Positions 1-14,483 are shown, numbered from the stretch's first letter. The stretch is 64,000 nt of DNA from Octopus bimaculoides (GCF_001194135.2 NC_068990.1:7955997-8019996), one strand, 5' to 3'. The notes: generated by a model not told the origin, from the sequence alone. Numbers and translations: made by a program.

Positions 1-540
1 ACATGTGTATGTGACTAATCTACATGTGTATGTGTATGCGTATTTACGTGTACAATTTTTATGCGTGTTTTATGTGTATGCGTGTTTACGTGTAGAATTT
101 TTATAATGATGAATATCTATGGAAAACAATCAACGACATCCGTACAGTTAGATATGTAAGCACATATACACACACATATACACTCTCTCTCTCCGTCTTT
201 CTGAAATTCTCATATATATATATATATTTGAAAAGCATTTATTTAAACGTGTGAGGTTTTTTTCTGAGTGTTATTTCCCATTTAATAATCGTTAAAGAGA
301 ATATATTTTAGTTTCTTGGCGAAAAGTATACTCTGAAGTATTTTGCTGAAACTCTAATGGAAATTCTTTTTATGCATTATTATTTTAGTGGAATCTAATT
401 TAGTTTACAAAACCAAAACAGAAATAATATTAGCGTTAAATCGTTTGGCACTTGCAAAGGCAGCGGAATAAATGCACAAGCATATGTCATTCCCATATAC
501 ATGAAAGAATAATAATGCTCATATATACTTATAGATAAAA

Positions 541-592
<52 letters not shown>
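541..592. repeat. (ATCT)n microsatellite
   Basis: Directly visible tetranucleotide array. Confidence 0.95.
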
Positions 593-1943
593 CAAATAAC
601 ATTTTGGTTTTTACTCTCCGTCCTTCTGCACTGCTTTTTACTATGCACACACAAACAATGCACACGCATCTCTCACTATCTCTTTCTCTCTCTGTATGCT
701 ATGCATATATATANNNNNNNNNNNNNNNNNNNNNNNNNNNNNNNNNNNNNNNNNNNNNNNNNNNNNNNNNNNNNNNNNNNNNNNNNNNNNNNNNNNNNNN
801 NNNNNNNNNNNAAATATATATATGTGTGTGTGTGTCGTATCCTAATAAATGCACATAGTTGCAGCTATTCACACTCCATTACATTAAAATTTAATTCCGG
901 AAAAGCAATTCTGAAACTACTTCAGCAGTTGAAATTTTTCAAAATTTGTGACTTTTATTCTATATTTCACCCGAGTAGTCCTTTTGTGAACTTCCAGCTT
1001 TTCATGTTATTCACATACGTTTTGTTAATCGGATGTTATTTCTAGTTAAAGGAATAACTTATTTTTGTGGTTCCAATCTTTAGTTATTTCTATTTTACTT
1101 TCAAATTACTTTGTGATTTTATTTAGAATATAGTGATCATCAATTATGTCAATATTACACTTCATACGTTATCCCCACAGAGTCTGCTTCCTTCTTTAAT
1201 TGATCATCTGGTGTTGAAATTATCGATACCGCCTATTTTCACTTGCTATATGTACCAACATAGGAGTTTAATTCGTTTTCCTTTGAACTTAAAGGTAAAC
1301 TTGTGGCTTACGTAACGGATTTTCAAATTTCCTCCGCACATATGGATATGACGAAATGTTAGTTGTTGAAATTGTGGTTTTTGTTGGCTGGATATTCTAT
1401 ATTGACAAAACTGAAATTCCTGTATTTCTTTGGCAAAATCATTCCTTACGATGAATGTATGTTTATGTGTTGCAGAACTGGTTGTTGTTGATGTGCACTA
1501 ACGATATTCACAGCTCTTTGCCTATAGGTTGTATACGACTTACAGATTTTAACTATTTTAAATTAGTCATTTTTGTGATGTTGAGTTTTCGCTGCTCATG
1601 TAGAAACTTATAAAGTGTGCGAAAAGGGAATTTCAAGCAGTGTTTACAACCCATGAAAATCATCAACTTACAACGGTGACACAGTAGTAGTGTTATAGTG
1701 AGGTCAGCAAATTATCTTAAAGATAAAAACAAATATTTGAGTAGCTATAAATATCTAAAAATATCTAAAAGACGATTTATTAAAGAGTTGAAATTTTCAA
1801 AATAAGAACAATCGGCACAATCAACTGTAACACTATCCATACTATCATGAATAAAAGGAAATCTCTGCCTTTCAAAACGGAATCGGCATTGCTTAAAAAT
1901 GCAATGCATTTTTTGATGTCAATATGTCGACCAAAACATACAT

Positions 1944-2042
1944 ACATGCATACATACACACACACATACATACATACATACATACATACATACATACATG
2001 TATGTATGTATGTATGTATGTATGTATGTATGCATGTATATA
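1944..2042. repeat. Compound (CATA)n-(TATG)n fold-back microsatellite
   Basis: The array switches to its own reverse complement at tacatgta (~1995-2002). Confidence 0.9.
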
Positions 2043-2785
2043 AGTAGTCACTTATATAATAAATAGCTAATATTTCAGACATCGCATTATACTTAGAGAT
2101 CGAAAGACATCCTTTACTGCTAACGATGTGTACTTTTATGAGTGATATCATGGTTATTGAGCATGTAAGAAGCAAAGTGCTACCTAATTTAGTTGTACGA
2201 GCTTATGGAGCAAAAATGACGCACCCGAGAGAAACCAAAGAAATTATTTCGAAATTGGAGGTATTCAAACATCATTTTTGGCTGTGTCTAGGATGTAGAC
2301 TTCAATAATGTTAATTAAAAAACTTTAGATCGAAACTAATTTGACAGAGACGAACAATTGTTTTAGAAAGATGATTAATTTTGGAAGATCTTATTGTTGC
2401 TCCAAGTGGCAAAGGTACCGGCAACATTGACAGCTGTTTGAGTGAATGAAGTGCCCTCAGTAATAGAAGGGCATCTTTTTCATGCTGCTTTTTAAATCCA
2501 TGTGAAACTGGTATCAGTTGTTTTCAAGAAAGACTAAAAGTAAAACGCAATGCAGAAGCATTTGCTAAGTAGATAAGACCCATAGCACGAATCCAATATT
2601 TCCAGTGGGAACGGAATGTCGTGTGCTTATTGCTTGGACCATCATACTATTTATCACGGTTCGTACTTAAAGGAAAAGACCGGGTAAGCAATGTACGGGA
2701 ACAAATCATCAGCATAAGGCACATCTCCACCACCAAATAATACAAGAACATAATCGCTGTGTTGACATTTGCTCTTGTATGGTAA

Positions 2786-3006
2786 GGCGGCGAGCTGGCA
2801 GAATCGTTAGCACGCCGGGCGAAATGCTTAGCGGTATTTCGTTTGTCTTTGTGTTCTGAATTCAATTTCCACTGAGGTCGACTTAGCATTTCATCCTTTC
2901 GGAGTCGATAAATTACGTACTGGAGTCAATGTAATCGACTTAATATCTTTGTTTCTCCTTGTTTGTCCCCTCTATGTTAAGCCCCTGTGGGCAATAAAGA
3001 AATAAG
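2786..3006 (+). mobile_element. tRNA-head SINE, family A (ggcggcgagctggcagaatcgttagcacgccgggcgaaatgcttagcgg...)
   Basis: Same ~220-bp unit recurs at 4642, 40845, 41085, 43986 and 53915. It has a B-box-like gttcaaattcc and an A-rich 3' end. Confidence 0.85.
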
Positions 3007-3624
3007 ATAGTTGCTTGGATAAAAGGAGAGAACGAGCTACGGTATCAAGCAGATGTTGATCAGTAGTGATGGATAAGGTGATAGAGATGGAAATTGTCAA
3101 AATTGCTTTTAGGTGAAGGGAGTGAAGAAAGTGAAAGATTCTCGTGTTCCAATATGTCAAAAGCAAACCGTAGAATCCGTAGAATCCTATCGAAATCGTT
3201 CAGTTTTTTACATCAAAAATTTACTTTACGACAAATGTTTTACACTGGAAAGATATTTATCATTTGAGCAGCTTGCATTGAAACTAATAATACTGAGTCG
3301 AACTACGTGCAATATTCTTGTTTAATTAAGCTATTATTGCAACTATAGCAGCGTTTTGTGTTATAAATTTATTCTGATATCATTGTAAATCATCTTTGAA
3401 AGGCGTTTCGGTAACATTATCTGAATATTTTACCGTCTTTCGGTTTATGCTAACATTTTTATTAAATCCGCAAAATATGTTGAAATTTGTTTAAGGAATT
3501 TTTTTTTCTCTATTAGTATGATAATATTCAAGAACAATATTCGTATGCCAGTATTGACTATGCAAGCATACAGATATACACACACACACGCACATATATG
3601 TGTGTATGTATATATATTTACATC

Positions 3625-3750
3625 TCTCTCTCTCTCTCTCTCACTCTCTCTCTCACTCTCTCTCTCACTCTCTCTCTCNNNNNNNNNNNNNNNNNNNNNN
3701 NNNNNNNNNNNNNNNNNNNNNNNNNNNNNNNNNNNNNNNNNNNNNNCTCC

Positions 3751-3842
<92 letters not shown>
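3625..3842. repeat. (CT)n and (AT)n microsatellites around a gap
   Basis: Directly visible. Confidence 0.95.
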
Positions 3843-3846
<4 letters not shown>

Positions 3847-4641
3847 GTCTGTGTGTATCTATGTCTATGTGAATGTATTTTGTACAATGAATGTCAACTA
3901 AATTCTAAGACAAATATTTTTAGCTATTTAATTTTCTTTAGTTTTGATACTTGTTCGAATATTATCTCTGTATTATTCAAACAAGAAATGGTGAGCTTAA
4001 TTAAAAAAAGTTTTTACTTTAAATATCATCGTTATTTAAATTCAACTAACGCTTTTATTAAAGTGAGCAAATATGTAAAGATACGAAAGAATTGTTCATT
4101 ATAAAACAATTAGTAGCAAGAGAAGCAATAGAAATATTTATCCCCACTTAAAAGTGGATATTGTATTAGAACAATGAATAATGTGATAGTTACCATGACA
4201 GAACCTCTCGTATGGCCTTTGGATGCGTATAAGCACTGTTGTATACATCACTAGCGGAGGTAAATCACCGCTTTCGCCGCCGCCGAGACAACCAGATCAT
4301 GTGATTTTGGTCTTCCCCATACTTGTCAATGGTAGACACTCGACTGCTGGAGATAGTAGCGATAGCGCACCTAGAGGTACACAAAGAATCACAGGGATTA
4401 AACAGGCGCTGATGTCGCGAAAGTCAGTGAGCTTACCAAAAATAAAATGTTCAACATATTTCTGAGGTTCTTGAACAGAGGAATATTTTTAAAATGTTAA
4501 TTTTTACTTTTAAGATTTCTTACATTCTTATATTATATTATATTATATTATATTATATTAAAGAAGAACGACAGTAATAAATTCTTATAATGTACGATAG
4601 TAACTTAACGGATGTAATCTAGTATATTATTAGGTTACATA

Positions 4642-4856
4642 TTCTTTTCTACTTTAGGCACAAAGTCCGAAATTTTTGGAGAGGGGGGCCAGTCGATTAG
4701 ATCCACCCCAGTACGCAACTGGTACTTAATTTATCGACCTCGAAAGGATGAAAAGCAAAGTCGACCTCGGCGGTATTTGAACTCAGAACGTACAGACAGA
4801 CGAAACGAGGCTAGGCATTTCGCCCGGCGTATTAACGTTTCTGCCAGCTCGCCGCC
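4642..4856 (-). mobile_element. SINE family A
   Basis: Reverse complement of the 2786 unit; ends ...ctgccagctcgccgcc on the + strand. Confidence 0.85.
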
Positions 4857-7800
4857 ATTTAGGTTATATACTATATCACTCACAAATAAATATAAAACAG
4901 GCAAATCTTCACAATACGGAGAAAATGATTAAAAATTGTAAAATAAGCAATGCTCTTTCACTTCTTTCTATTGAACCGTTCCAGTGTAGCATCCAAATGC
5001 ACTTCGAACTTCTAATGCAGGGTTCTAGGGAACCATAATTGTAAAACGTACGTAGGAACTAATAATATAAATTTGTGTTTATCGTAATATATTTTACACA
5101 AACACACACACTCACACACACACTCACACACACACACTCACACACACACACTTACATACTTCTCACACACACACACATATATGTATGTATGAATATATTT
5201 ATATGTATATATTCATGTATATTTGTGCATATATATAGTCATCTGATAAAATCGGCTGAAATGGATGCGTAATGCTGTATATATGTATTCATATAGACAT
5301 ATATACAAACATACATATATACATACATATATACACACAGGCACACTTACATACACACACACACTCACACACGCACACACTATTTACTATACTATTTCTA
5401 ATGCACACAACAGTAATGAAATTAACAAAGAACGACAAGCACCAAATCCAGTCCGAGCAGAACTAAATGAAGATGGTTGTGATTGTTCATAAATTGTCAT
5501 TATAAAGGGGGAAAAAATGGCAGAGACATATTTCATAGAAATTGAAGATGTGCCAAAGTTATCGGACGGAAGAAGTAGATACATAATGAAACAAAAGAAG
5601 AAAAATTCAAAGCAGACAAATATAGAATTAATAGGAGAAATGTATAAAAAAAAAAGATACATAAAGAAACTATGCTATGTAATATGCTCACCAGGCTATA
5701 ATTCTAGAAGATATGGCAAGGTAAATTTTCTTCACCAGGAAAAAAAAATGAGGAACAGAAATTTCCTGCAGAAAACTAACTCTAAAGCATATTAGATAAG
5801 GAGAAATTATATAGAGAAAATATATTATGAATGTAAATATAAAATTTTTAGCGAAAGAAATTGCTATATGAAATATACAGTTTATGTAATGCTATTTAAT
5901 AACATATTACGCTGGTTTTAGGAAAAAGAATGAAAACGAAATCAAAACAACGAAGAATAAATATTTCGAGAAAAAAAATACGGTGAATCGAATGATAAAC
6001 GTATGAAAATAGAGAATTCTTTACAGAAAAAAGACAAATAAGGCAGTTGCAGAAAACTACAGAAAATGTATAAAAAAAAGCAACAGCTTAAACCATTATT
6101 GCTCAAACAAATCAAAAGAAAACGAAGTCACGTGCTAAAATTAATGGATAACTATTATGTGAGACGATACAATGCAGGCTGTAGCAAATATTGTATGAGA
6201 ATATTGCAATGGTTGCAAAGATAAATATTATGGTCAGATTCTATAATAGAATACACAAAATGTATTTTTCCCGATTATGCATTATAAATCTGTACAAGTA
6301 TAGGCAAATGAAATTTAGTTGTGATAACTCCCGAAATAGAATCCTGAAAAATGATAAAAATTACATAACATAAGTGATACCCGAATCTAGTACCCATATA
6401 TAATGCCCACCATTTTAAGTAAATAATGAATAAGGCAACCTCAAATACAAACATTTAATAACCACCCATGAGATGCGACTAATCAAATTTTGAAAAACTC
6501 AAATATCTGCTATCATGGAAATTACGGAGATGCTCAATTCGCTAGAATTAGCCGTCAGATCTTTCTGAATGCACGCCCCACCATGTTAGAAAAAATGTCA
6601 TATCTGACAATGCGCAATACATAAAGAAATATATAAATAAAAATATACTAATGGAAGGACAAACGTTGATGATACTGATTGACTAAACAACAACAACAAC
6701 AACAACAACAGCAATAATCAACGGTGAATATTAAACACGAAAGCATGATGTACCAATGTGCAAAATTCATGTGTAGAAAAGGACAATTGTATATTATAGA
6801 GATCGACATGAAAAAGGATTTTGGAACATATACATACATAATTACTGTTGTTATTATTCATTTTACTAATGACAATAATTAATAATAATATCTTTACAAA
6901 TATTTTCGAATATTTATTCATTTAGTAATTTTATACATTGACACCGTTTTTGAATTTGGCGCTAGCTTTTCAACGGTTACCAGGCACAGCGAAACGAGCA
7001 AAGTTTTTAATACTAGGTATACAGAGAGACCTGCTAATGACAATTAAGGGAGGTAAGCTCTCAAAATTTGAAATCAACTGATCCAGGGATATTTATTTCC
7101 TCATTCTACGGCTTTCTGCCAAGATAGTAGGTTAAATTCTTTGTTCGTAGCTCGATTTCTTTTGTGCTTCTTGCATTTCCGCTAATTGGTGTTTTTTTAC
7201 AGGATTTTCGACTCTGATTTTCATAGCAATGCTGGCATCTAGTATGCCCTGTTATAATTATAAATTTGGATTTGCCATTTATCCGCATCTTGCTTGCTTG
7301 CCAATTATTTGTGGTTATTATTCATTATCCTTATGATAACGATTAAGAATAATATCTGTATAAATATTCTTGGATATTTATTCATTTAGTATATATATAG
7401 ATATATATANNNNNNNNNNNNNNNNNNNNNNNNNNNNNNNNNNNNNNNNNNNNNNNNNNNNNNNNNNNNNNNNNNNNNNNNNNNNNNNNNNNNNNNNNNN
7501 NNNNNNNNNNNNNNNNNNNNNNNNNNNNNNNNNNNNNNNNNNNNNNNNNNNNNNNNNNNNNNNNNNNNNNNNNNNNNNNNNNNNNNNNNNNNNNNNNNNN
7601 NNNNNNNNNNNNNNNNNNNNNNNNNNNNNNNNNNNNNNNNNNNNNNNNNNNNNNNNNNNNNNNNNNNNNNNNNNNNNNNNACATATATGCATGTATGTAT
7701 GTATGTATTTATAGTTGAAATTTACAGAAAAACAAGACGAAGACAGATGTATGAACAACAAACAGGTGTTAGTTTGTATTAGTATGACAAAATAAACAGA

Positions 7801-8691
7801 CAGAATTAAAAAGAAAAACTTGTGGATTTAGCGATCGATCATGGTAGTATATACATAACCACATATATATTCCGAAGGCGAAATGGTCGCAGAGCAACCT
7901 GAAATGAAGTGTTCAAGAACACAACGCAATGCTTTCACACACACACGCACACACACATACGCACGCGCACACACGCACACGTATATATAATCATTTCTAC
8001 TATAGGCACAATTTGCGGGGAGGGGGCCAGTCGATTAGATGGACTCCACTCTACAACTGGTACTTAATTTATATGTATATATATGTATATATATATATAT
8101 ATATNNNNNNNNNNNNNNNNNNNNNNNNNNNNNNNNNNNNNNNNNNNNNNNNNNNNNNNNNNNNNNNNNNNNNNNNNNNNNNNNNNNNNNNNNNNNNNNN
8201 NNNNNNNNNNNNNNNNNNNNNNNNNNNNNNNNNNNNNNNNNNNNNNNNNNNNNNNNNNNNNNNNNNNNNNNNNNNNNNNNNNNNNNNNNNNNNNNNNNNN
8301 NNNNNNNNNNNNNNNNNNNNNNNNNNNNNNNNNNNNNNNNNNNNNNNNNNNNNNNNNNNNNNNNNNNNNNNNNNNNNNNNNNNNNNNNNNNNNNNNNNNN
8401 NNNNNNNNNNNNNNNNNNNNNNNNNNNNNNNNNNNNNNNNNNNNNNNNNNNNNNNNNNNNNNNNNNNNNNNNNNNNNNNNNNNNNNNNNNNNNNNNNNNN
8501 NNNNNNNNNNNNNNNNNNNNNNNNNNNNNNNNNNNNNNNNNNNNNNNNNNNNNNNNNNNNNNNNNNNNNNNNNNNNNNNNNNNNNNNNNNNNNNNNNNNN
8601 NNNNNNNNNNNNNNNNNNNNNNNNNNNNNNNNNNNNNNNNNNNNNNNNNNNNNNNNNNNNNNNNNNNNNNNNNNNNNNNNNNNNNNNATAT

Positions 8692-8845
8692 ATACGACGG
8701 GCTTCTTTTAGTTTCCGTCTACCAAATCCACTCACAAGGCTTTGGTCGGCCCGAGGCAATAGTAGAAGACACTTGCCCTGTGGGACTGAACCCGAAACCA
8801 TGTAGTTCGCAAGCAAGCTACTTAACACACAACCACAGCTGCGCC
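8692..8845 (-). mobile_element. tRNA-head SINE, family B (head plus ...gggcaagtgtcttctactat...ggaaactgaaagaagcccgtcg core)
   Basis: Homologous to 50922-51078, 58432-58600 and 59533-59700. Its 3' side runs into an (AT)n tract and a gap. Confidence 0.8.
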
Positions 8846-8895
<50 letters not shown>

Positions 8896-10024
8896 CGTGT
8901 GTTTGTGTGTGTGTGTGTGTGTGCGCGTGTGCGCGCGCGTACATATGTACACATATGCCTATATACGTATGTATAGTTTCTAATGGCCTGATACCACTGC
9001 GTGCTACCCTGAGCATTTATCTTTTACAGGAGTCCGGAAACTGAGTGTTGAATTCAGTAGAGAGTAGTTTGCATAGGCTTGTCATATACATTTAGAAAAA
9101 ACACATATATGGATATGCACGTGTTGCTCCGGTTATTACGCACTCATTGTTATATATCTATGTACACACTGATACACGCTGACACAGACACACGCGCGCA
9201 AGTATATGTAAGGGAAGCAATCAGAAATGAGTAAACGATTATCTTATAACCATTAACTTAAATCTGTTTCCACTATAACGTGTGATATTATAGCTGAGTG
9301 CCTGAGCAAGAACCTACTGTTTTATCAGAGCTTCAAATATGAAATGCAATTTACTTTGAAAAGCAAACATAGGAAAGCATTGCGAGTATACACACACACA
9401 CACACACGTGTGTATATATATGTACTATGTATGTGTGTGTGTGTATATTTATATGTATGTGTATATGTATGTTTAAATATTTTTTCGATTTATATCGACA
9501 AATAAGACTAGAAGAAAAGATAGACTAACATTCTTTGTACTTTGTACGAGATTCTTTGTGATATTTATTCCACAAGGAGTTACATAGACTCCCTTGTTAC
9601 ATTCATGGTTAGAAATCCATGAAACCAGTTAGTGTATTGATATAAACATTTGATAAACGAGGCAACATTTTCCCATTGGCGATAATATTTAAAGAAATAA
9701 TTATAGCAATGAATTCCTAGGGTGTTCACCTCCAAATTACTATCGATTTACAATTTTCAAGATGCATTTATTTGCATCACAGTTGCTTATCGTCTAATTA
9801 CGTTCCTCAATTAATGAGGGTATGGAAGAATTTACGAAAGGAACAACCTATTTACTCTACGTGGATGACTAAATGCTTTGAGGCATTTCCCAAATTATGA
9901 GGAGCTATAATAGTTCTGAAAGTGATATGCGGTTAGTTTAGAGTTGTGAAATGTTTTAAGACCACCTTTATATACATATGTAACACTTTACGGGAATACA
10001 CGACCACAAATAGTTACATATGTA

Positions 10025-10530
10025 TCCCCTGGAAACAAAGCTCTGCATCTACAACGCGTCGGTCCTCTCTGTTTTTCTCTTCGTGGGCTCTCACGAAGAC
10101 CCTGGCATGAGGATCAACAGCTTCGATAGCAGAGTCCTAAGAACTCATTGAGAACATTAGATGATAACATTACGTTTCCAACGAAGAACTGAGTAGCTAT
10201 ATGAAAGAACTGAATGCACACACGCATCAGTCCGCAGCTTCTCGTCTTGTAGCTACCTACCGTAATCGCTGGTACGGACATGCCCTCCGCCTCCCTCCAG
10301 GTCATTCTACCAAGGCCTTACTCTCATTCGACACAGCAGCGGTGGTCTTGAAGAAGCCCTGAGTCAGTCCCCACTCTAGTTGACTGGACGTGATTAAGGG
10401 TCACCTCCAAATGCTTAACATCATGGAGGATGCAGACAGGCTGACACAGCAGGACCTCCAGCGATAGGGAGTACTGGTGGGCCTGGTTGTCTCCATTTAC
10501 GATGACACTTTTGGGACCACTAACGTGGGA
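10025..10530 (+). mobile_element. RTE-clade LINE 3' fragment (decayed)
   Basis: Frameshifted translation gives LETKLCIYNASVLS..., RINSFDSRVLR..., NRWYGHALRLP, typical of the RTE RT C-terminal region. Confidence 0.75.
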
Positions 10531-10681
10531 TGACCCCAGCCCCATCAATCATGAGCATGAAGCGAACTATTTTTGGGGTACCAAAACCTAAACAAATACT
10601 TGCTTGGGTTTGTTTCACGATTCTTCGAGAGTTAAACGATTTTTCCAATCCACTATACTTAATAGTAATAACAGCAACAGT

Positions 10682-10694
10682 AATGATGATGATG

Positions 10695-10741
<47 letters not shown>
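10682..10741. repeat. (AAT)n array (continues into gap)
   Basis: Directly visible. Confidence 0.95.
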
Positions 10742-11154
10742 NNNNNNNNNNNNNNNNNNNNNNNNNNNNNNNNNNNNNNNNNNNNNNNNNNNNNNNNNNN
10801 NNNNNNNNNNNNNNNNNNNNNNNNNNNNNNNNNNNNNNNNNNNNNNNNNNNNNNNNNNNNNNNNNNNNNNNNNNNNNNNNNNNNNNNNNNNNNNNNNNNN
10901 NNNNNNNNNNNNNNNNNNNNNNNNNNNNNNNNNNNNNNNNNNNNNNNNNNNNNNNNNNNNNNNNNNNNNNNNNNNNNNNNNNNNNNNNNNNNNNNNNNNN
11001 NNNNNNNNNNNNNNNNNNNNNNNNNNNNNNNNNNNNNNNNNNNNNNNNNNNNNNNNNNNNNNNNNNNNNNNNNNNNNNNNNNNNNNNNNNNNNNNNNNNN
11101 NNNNNNNNNNNNNNNNNNNNNNNNNNNNNNNNNNNNNNNNNNNNNNNNNNNNNN

Positions 11155-11409
11155 CAGAAACAATTCCTATCATAGTAGGTGCCTTAGGTATAATAAAAAA
11201 ATATTCAGACAAATACATAACAAAAACACCAGGACTTACAAATATATATAACATACAGAAAATTGCACTACTGGGTACTGCACACATTCTACGCAAAACA
11301 CTTTCAATACAGTAAACATAAGAGCACCACAGCAAACCACAGCACATACCCAAGGCGCACAGAGCTGCGCTCGGTAGTGAAGTGAAAGCACGTTATAAAA
11401 ATAAAACTA

Positions 11410-11412
<3 letters not shown>
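11155..11412 (+). mobile_element. R4/Dong-like (RLE-type) non-LTR retrotransposon 3' end with 3' UTR
   Basis: ETIPIIVGALGIIKKYSDKYITKTPGLTNIYNIQKIALLGTAHILRKTLSIQ* is the C-terminal motif following the restriction-like endonuclease. It is followed directly by (AAT)n. Confidence 0.8.
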
Positions 11413-11469
<57 letters not shown>

Positions 11470-11505
11470 TATAATAATGATAATAATAACAACAACAATA
11501 ACAAT
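11413..11505. repeat. (AAT)n array
   Basis: Directly visible. Confidence 0.95.
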
Positions 11506-11509
11506 AGCA

Positions 11510-13720
11510 GCATCAATGAAGAGGAAACTATAAAATATACGTAAAAACTTTTTTTCACTTAGAAAAACAAAAAATATTAGGAACAAATGAGAGATAAAGA
11601 AAATCCAGCTGTAACAAAAACAGAAATGAAAAAATCATGAGTGAAGTCGTGCTTTATTAGATACTTCAAATACCAGAAACGCTTCCATGAGACTACATTA
11701 TCTGAAACAGATGCCGGAACATTGCACCGTGGAATAAGCTGAGGAGCATAATTCTCGATAGCAACCATTACCAAAAGGAATCAAATGTAATCGAAGAAAA
11801 TATACAAGGGAAGCCTTCAACACAATTAAACGCCACATCAGAGGAATACAATAATAGTACCGTAGTCATGTTCTATGATATACAGCGAGGAATCTATCAG
11901 TGCAATAAAATCTGTTAACAATTACGAAGCTGTTAGTATTGATAAATTCACGATTTCTGACAAAGAGCACAATTGTTATTAAGCTGTGGCAACAGCATCC
12001 GATAAATTGCCGAACGAATCGGAAGGAAAAGACAATATTGATTCCCCCAAACAACCACCTACAGATCTATGAAACAGCATCTATAGATCTATAACGTTTT
12101 GTAAAGAATATAAAACCGTTGTGTATAATACTCGAAAGGCTGAGGATTTGAAATAGGAAGAAAATGGTGCGAGCATCAGCCAGAAAAGGTAATAGAGAAC
12201 AACCAGTATAAGGTTTTATGAGATTTTAATATACAGAATGACTGCGAGATTAATGCCAGACGACCAAATAACTATGGTTTTTGACAAGGGGAAAAGGTGC
12301 ATTATAACATATAGGGTTATATTTGTGGATAGGAATGTAGCAGTCAAAGAGGAGGAGAAAATTTTAAAAAATACTAGGATTTGGTTAGAGAAATACGACA
12401 ACGACGACGACGACGACGACTATGGAGGGTTTCTGCAACAGTAATCGCAGTTCTTATAGGTACCCTTGGTACTGTCACTAACAGACTTAACAGTTCCCTA
12501 ACTGAGATTGGTGCAAGCATCGGTGTTGCATTAATTCAGAAATCTGCGAAACTTGGAGCGAGACTGTAGCACACATTGTAGCAGAATGACCCAAGTTAAC
12601 ACAAGAGGAATATTAAAAAAAAAAAAAAGGCACGACCGGATTGTAAACGTTTTACACTGGAACACTGTGCCAAAAACGATGATTTGAAGCTGGAAACACA
12701 TGGTACAATCACCGAGTCGAAGAAACGTAAGATTTTGTTGAACTTTCCTATTCAAACGGACATGGAGTTAGAAAAGAATAGATCGGACATAACAATTATA
12801 TATGAAGAAAAGCAAAGTTACTTACTGATCAACCTATCATGTCCGTTTGATTCCAGGATCGTAAAGAAAGAGGAAGAAAAAAAAAAAGAAACAACCCCAT
12901 AAAATTTTAAATTGGAAGAATTTGGAACATAAGAACAGTAAAAGTTGTGCCTATAATAATTATTATAATAATTATAATTGGTGCGTTGGGAACAGTAAGC
13001 AAAGATATAGACAAATAGCTGGATGAGATTGAAATAGAATGCCCGATAGAGCTCCTAGAGAAAGTTTGTCTTTTAGGGATAGCAAGGATTATGAAAAGGG
13101 ATCTAAGCACTTGAAATACAGCTGAAAACTTGTGGATACCTAAAGTTAAACGTAGTACCCGCTACCTACATAAATCCTAGCAGGAATAAGACCGAGCCTA
13201 ACCCAAACCAAAATAATAATAAAAGTTAAACAGAAAAGAAATAGACAGAGCAAAATCCCAACAATGGCTGAGAAGCTCAGGACTCGAAGTAGAGACTGAA
13301 CGATTTTAATTGCAGCACAAGACCAAAGCCTTCCCACCAGAAATTACCAAACACACGTAATGAAAACAAAAACAAGTAACTGCTTCTGGCTGTCTAGTTC
13401 TGGCTAAGAAGGAATATATTCACAGATACGATAGAGTTGGGACCTTTATGAACTGGAAGGTGTGCCAACACTATGGAATAACAATTAAAAAAAAAAAGAT
13501 GGTACAGGCACACAACAGAAAAGGTCATAGAAAATGAGGATGTAGCCATACTCTGAGATAAGCCGATACACACAGATAGAGAAATTAAGGTCAAAAGACC
13601 GGATATAGTTGTCAAAGATCATGAAGAAAAAAGGAAATCCCAAAATGGCAGAATTTTTTTAAAAGGGTGCTCATGGGAACTGCTCATATCCTACGTAAAA
13701 TATTGTCATTGTAATCCCCA
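11510..13720 (+). mobile_element. Cluster of decayed R4/Dong-like LINE fragments
   Basis: Remnants include VIAVLIGTLGTV (~12440), KILLNFPIQTD..NRSDI..LLINLSCPFDSRI (12730-12870, RLE region), KVVP(I)nGALGTV..LLGIARIMKR (12940-13100) and LIAAQDQSLPTRNY..RPDIVV (13310-13620). Confidence 0.7.
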
Positions 13721-14483
13721 AAATATTATCATCCGTAAACAGTGTCAAAATACTTTTAAATGTACATAACCGCAAACACCTTTTATTGTCATCTTAACAT
13801 CAGACTGTCATCTTATATTCAAATTACCTTTAAAACAAACTTCTAATTTACTTATATTTTGACAGACATTTTCCAGAGCAATACTCTGTGCAAAACCAAC
13901 TATATGGCACCCTAGTCATAACACTAACTTGAACTTCTAAGTTGTCTCTTGAAGTCTGTGTGTGAGACTTGGAGATAACTTGTTCAAAAACAAAGCAAAA
14001 ACCAAACATATAATAATAATAATAATAATGATAATAATAATAACAACAACAACAACAACAATAATAATAATAATAATAATAATGAGATCCCAGCGACTAA
14101 CAAACATGACGGACGTGTACGAGCGAGCTCCGTACGAAGTTGGATACAATCTGTGATCATCGGCAAACAGGATTTAAGAAACAGCAAAAATATGAAAGGA
14201 AATTGTTTCTTAATGTAAATCATTTCAGGATGACGAAATATTTCTCTCATATATGAAACAGTTGCTGTCAGGCACGTTGTCACATAAAGACAAGTGTGTG
14301 AAAATGTAAACAACACGCAGAGATGCGATTTGCCTATACAAGAATTGAAGCAATACGTTAGAATGCGATGCCGCTACAGAAAAATACTGTGAGTACAAAT
14401 AATAATCGTATATGCAGTCTCATTTCTACACAAATACACATAGATGTAATGTTTATGATACAAACATGCACCCGTACATTTTG

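Noticed and set aside
4193-4470. GC-richer island with ORF 4223-4465 and splice-like sites
   Set aside because: No recognisable protein motif in any frame and no consistent exon chain. Could be an exon or UTR but cannot be supported without RNA data.
5400-6640. A-rich stretch resembling a decayed LINE ORF
   Set aside because: No diagnostic endonuclease or RT motif could be read with confidence.
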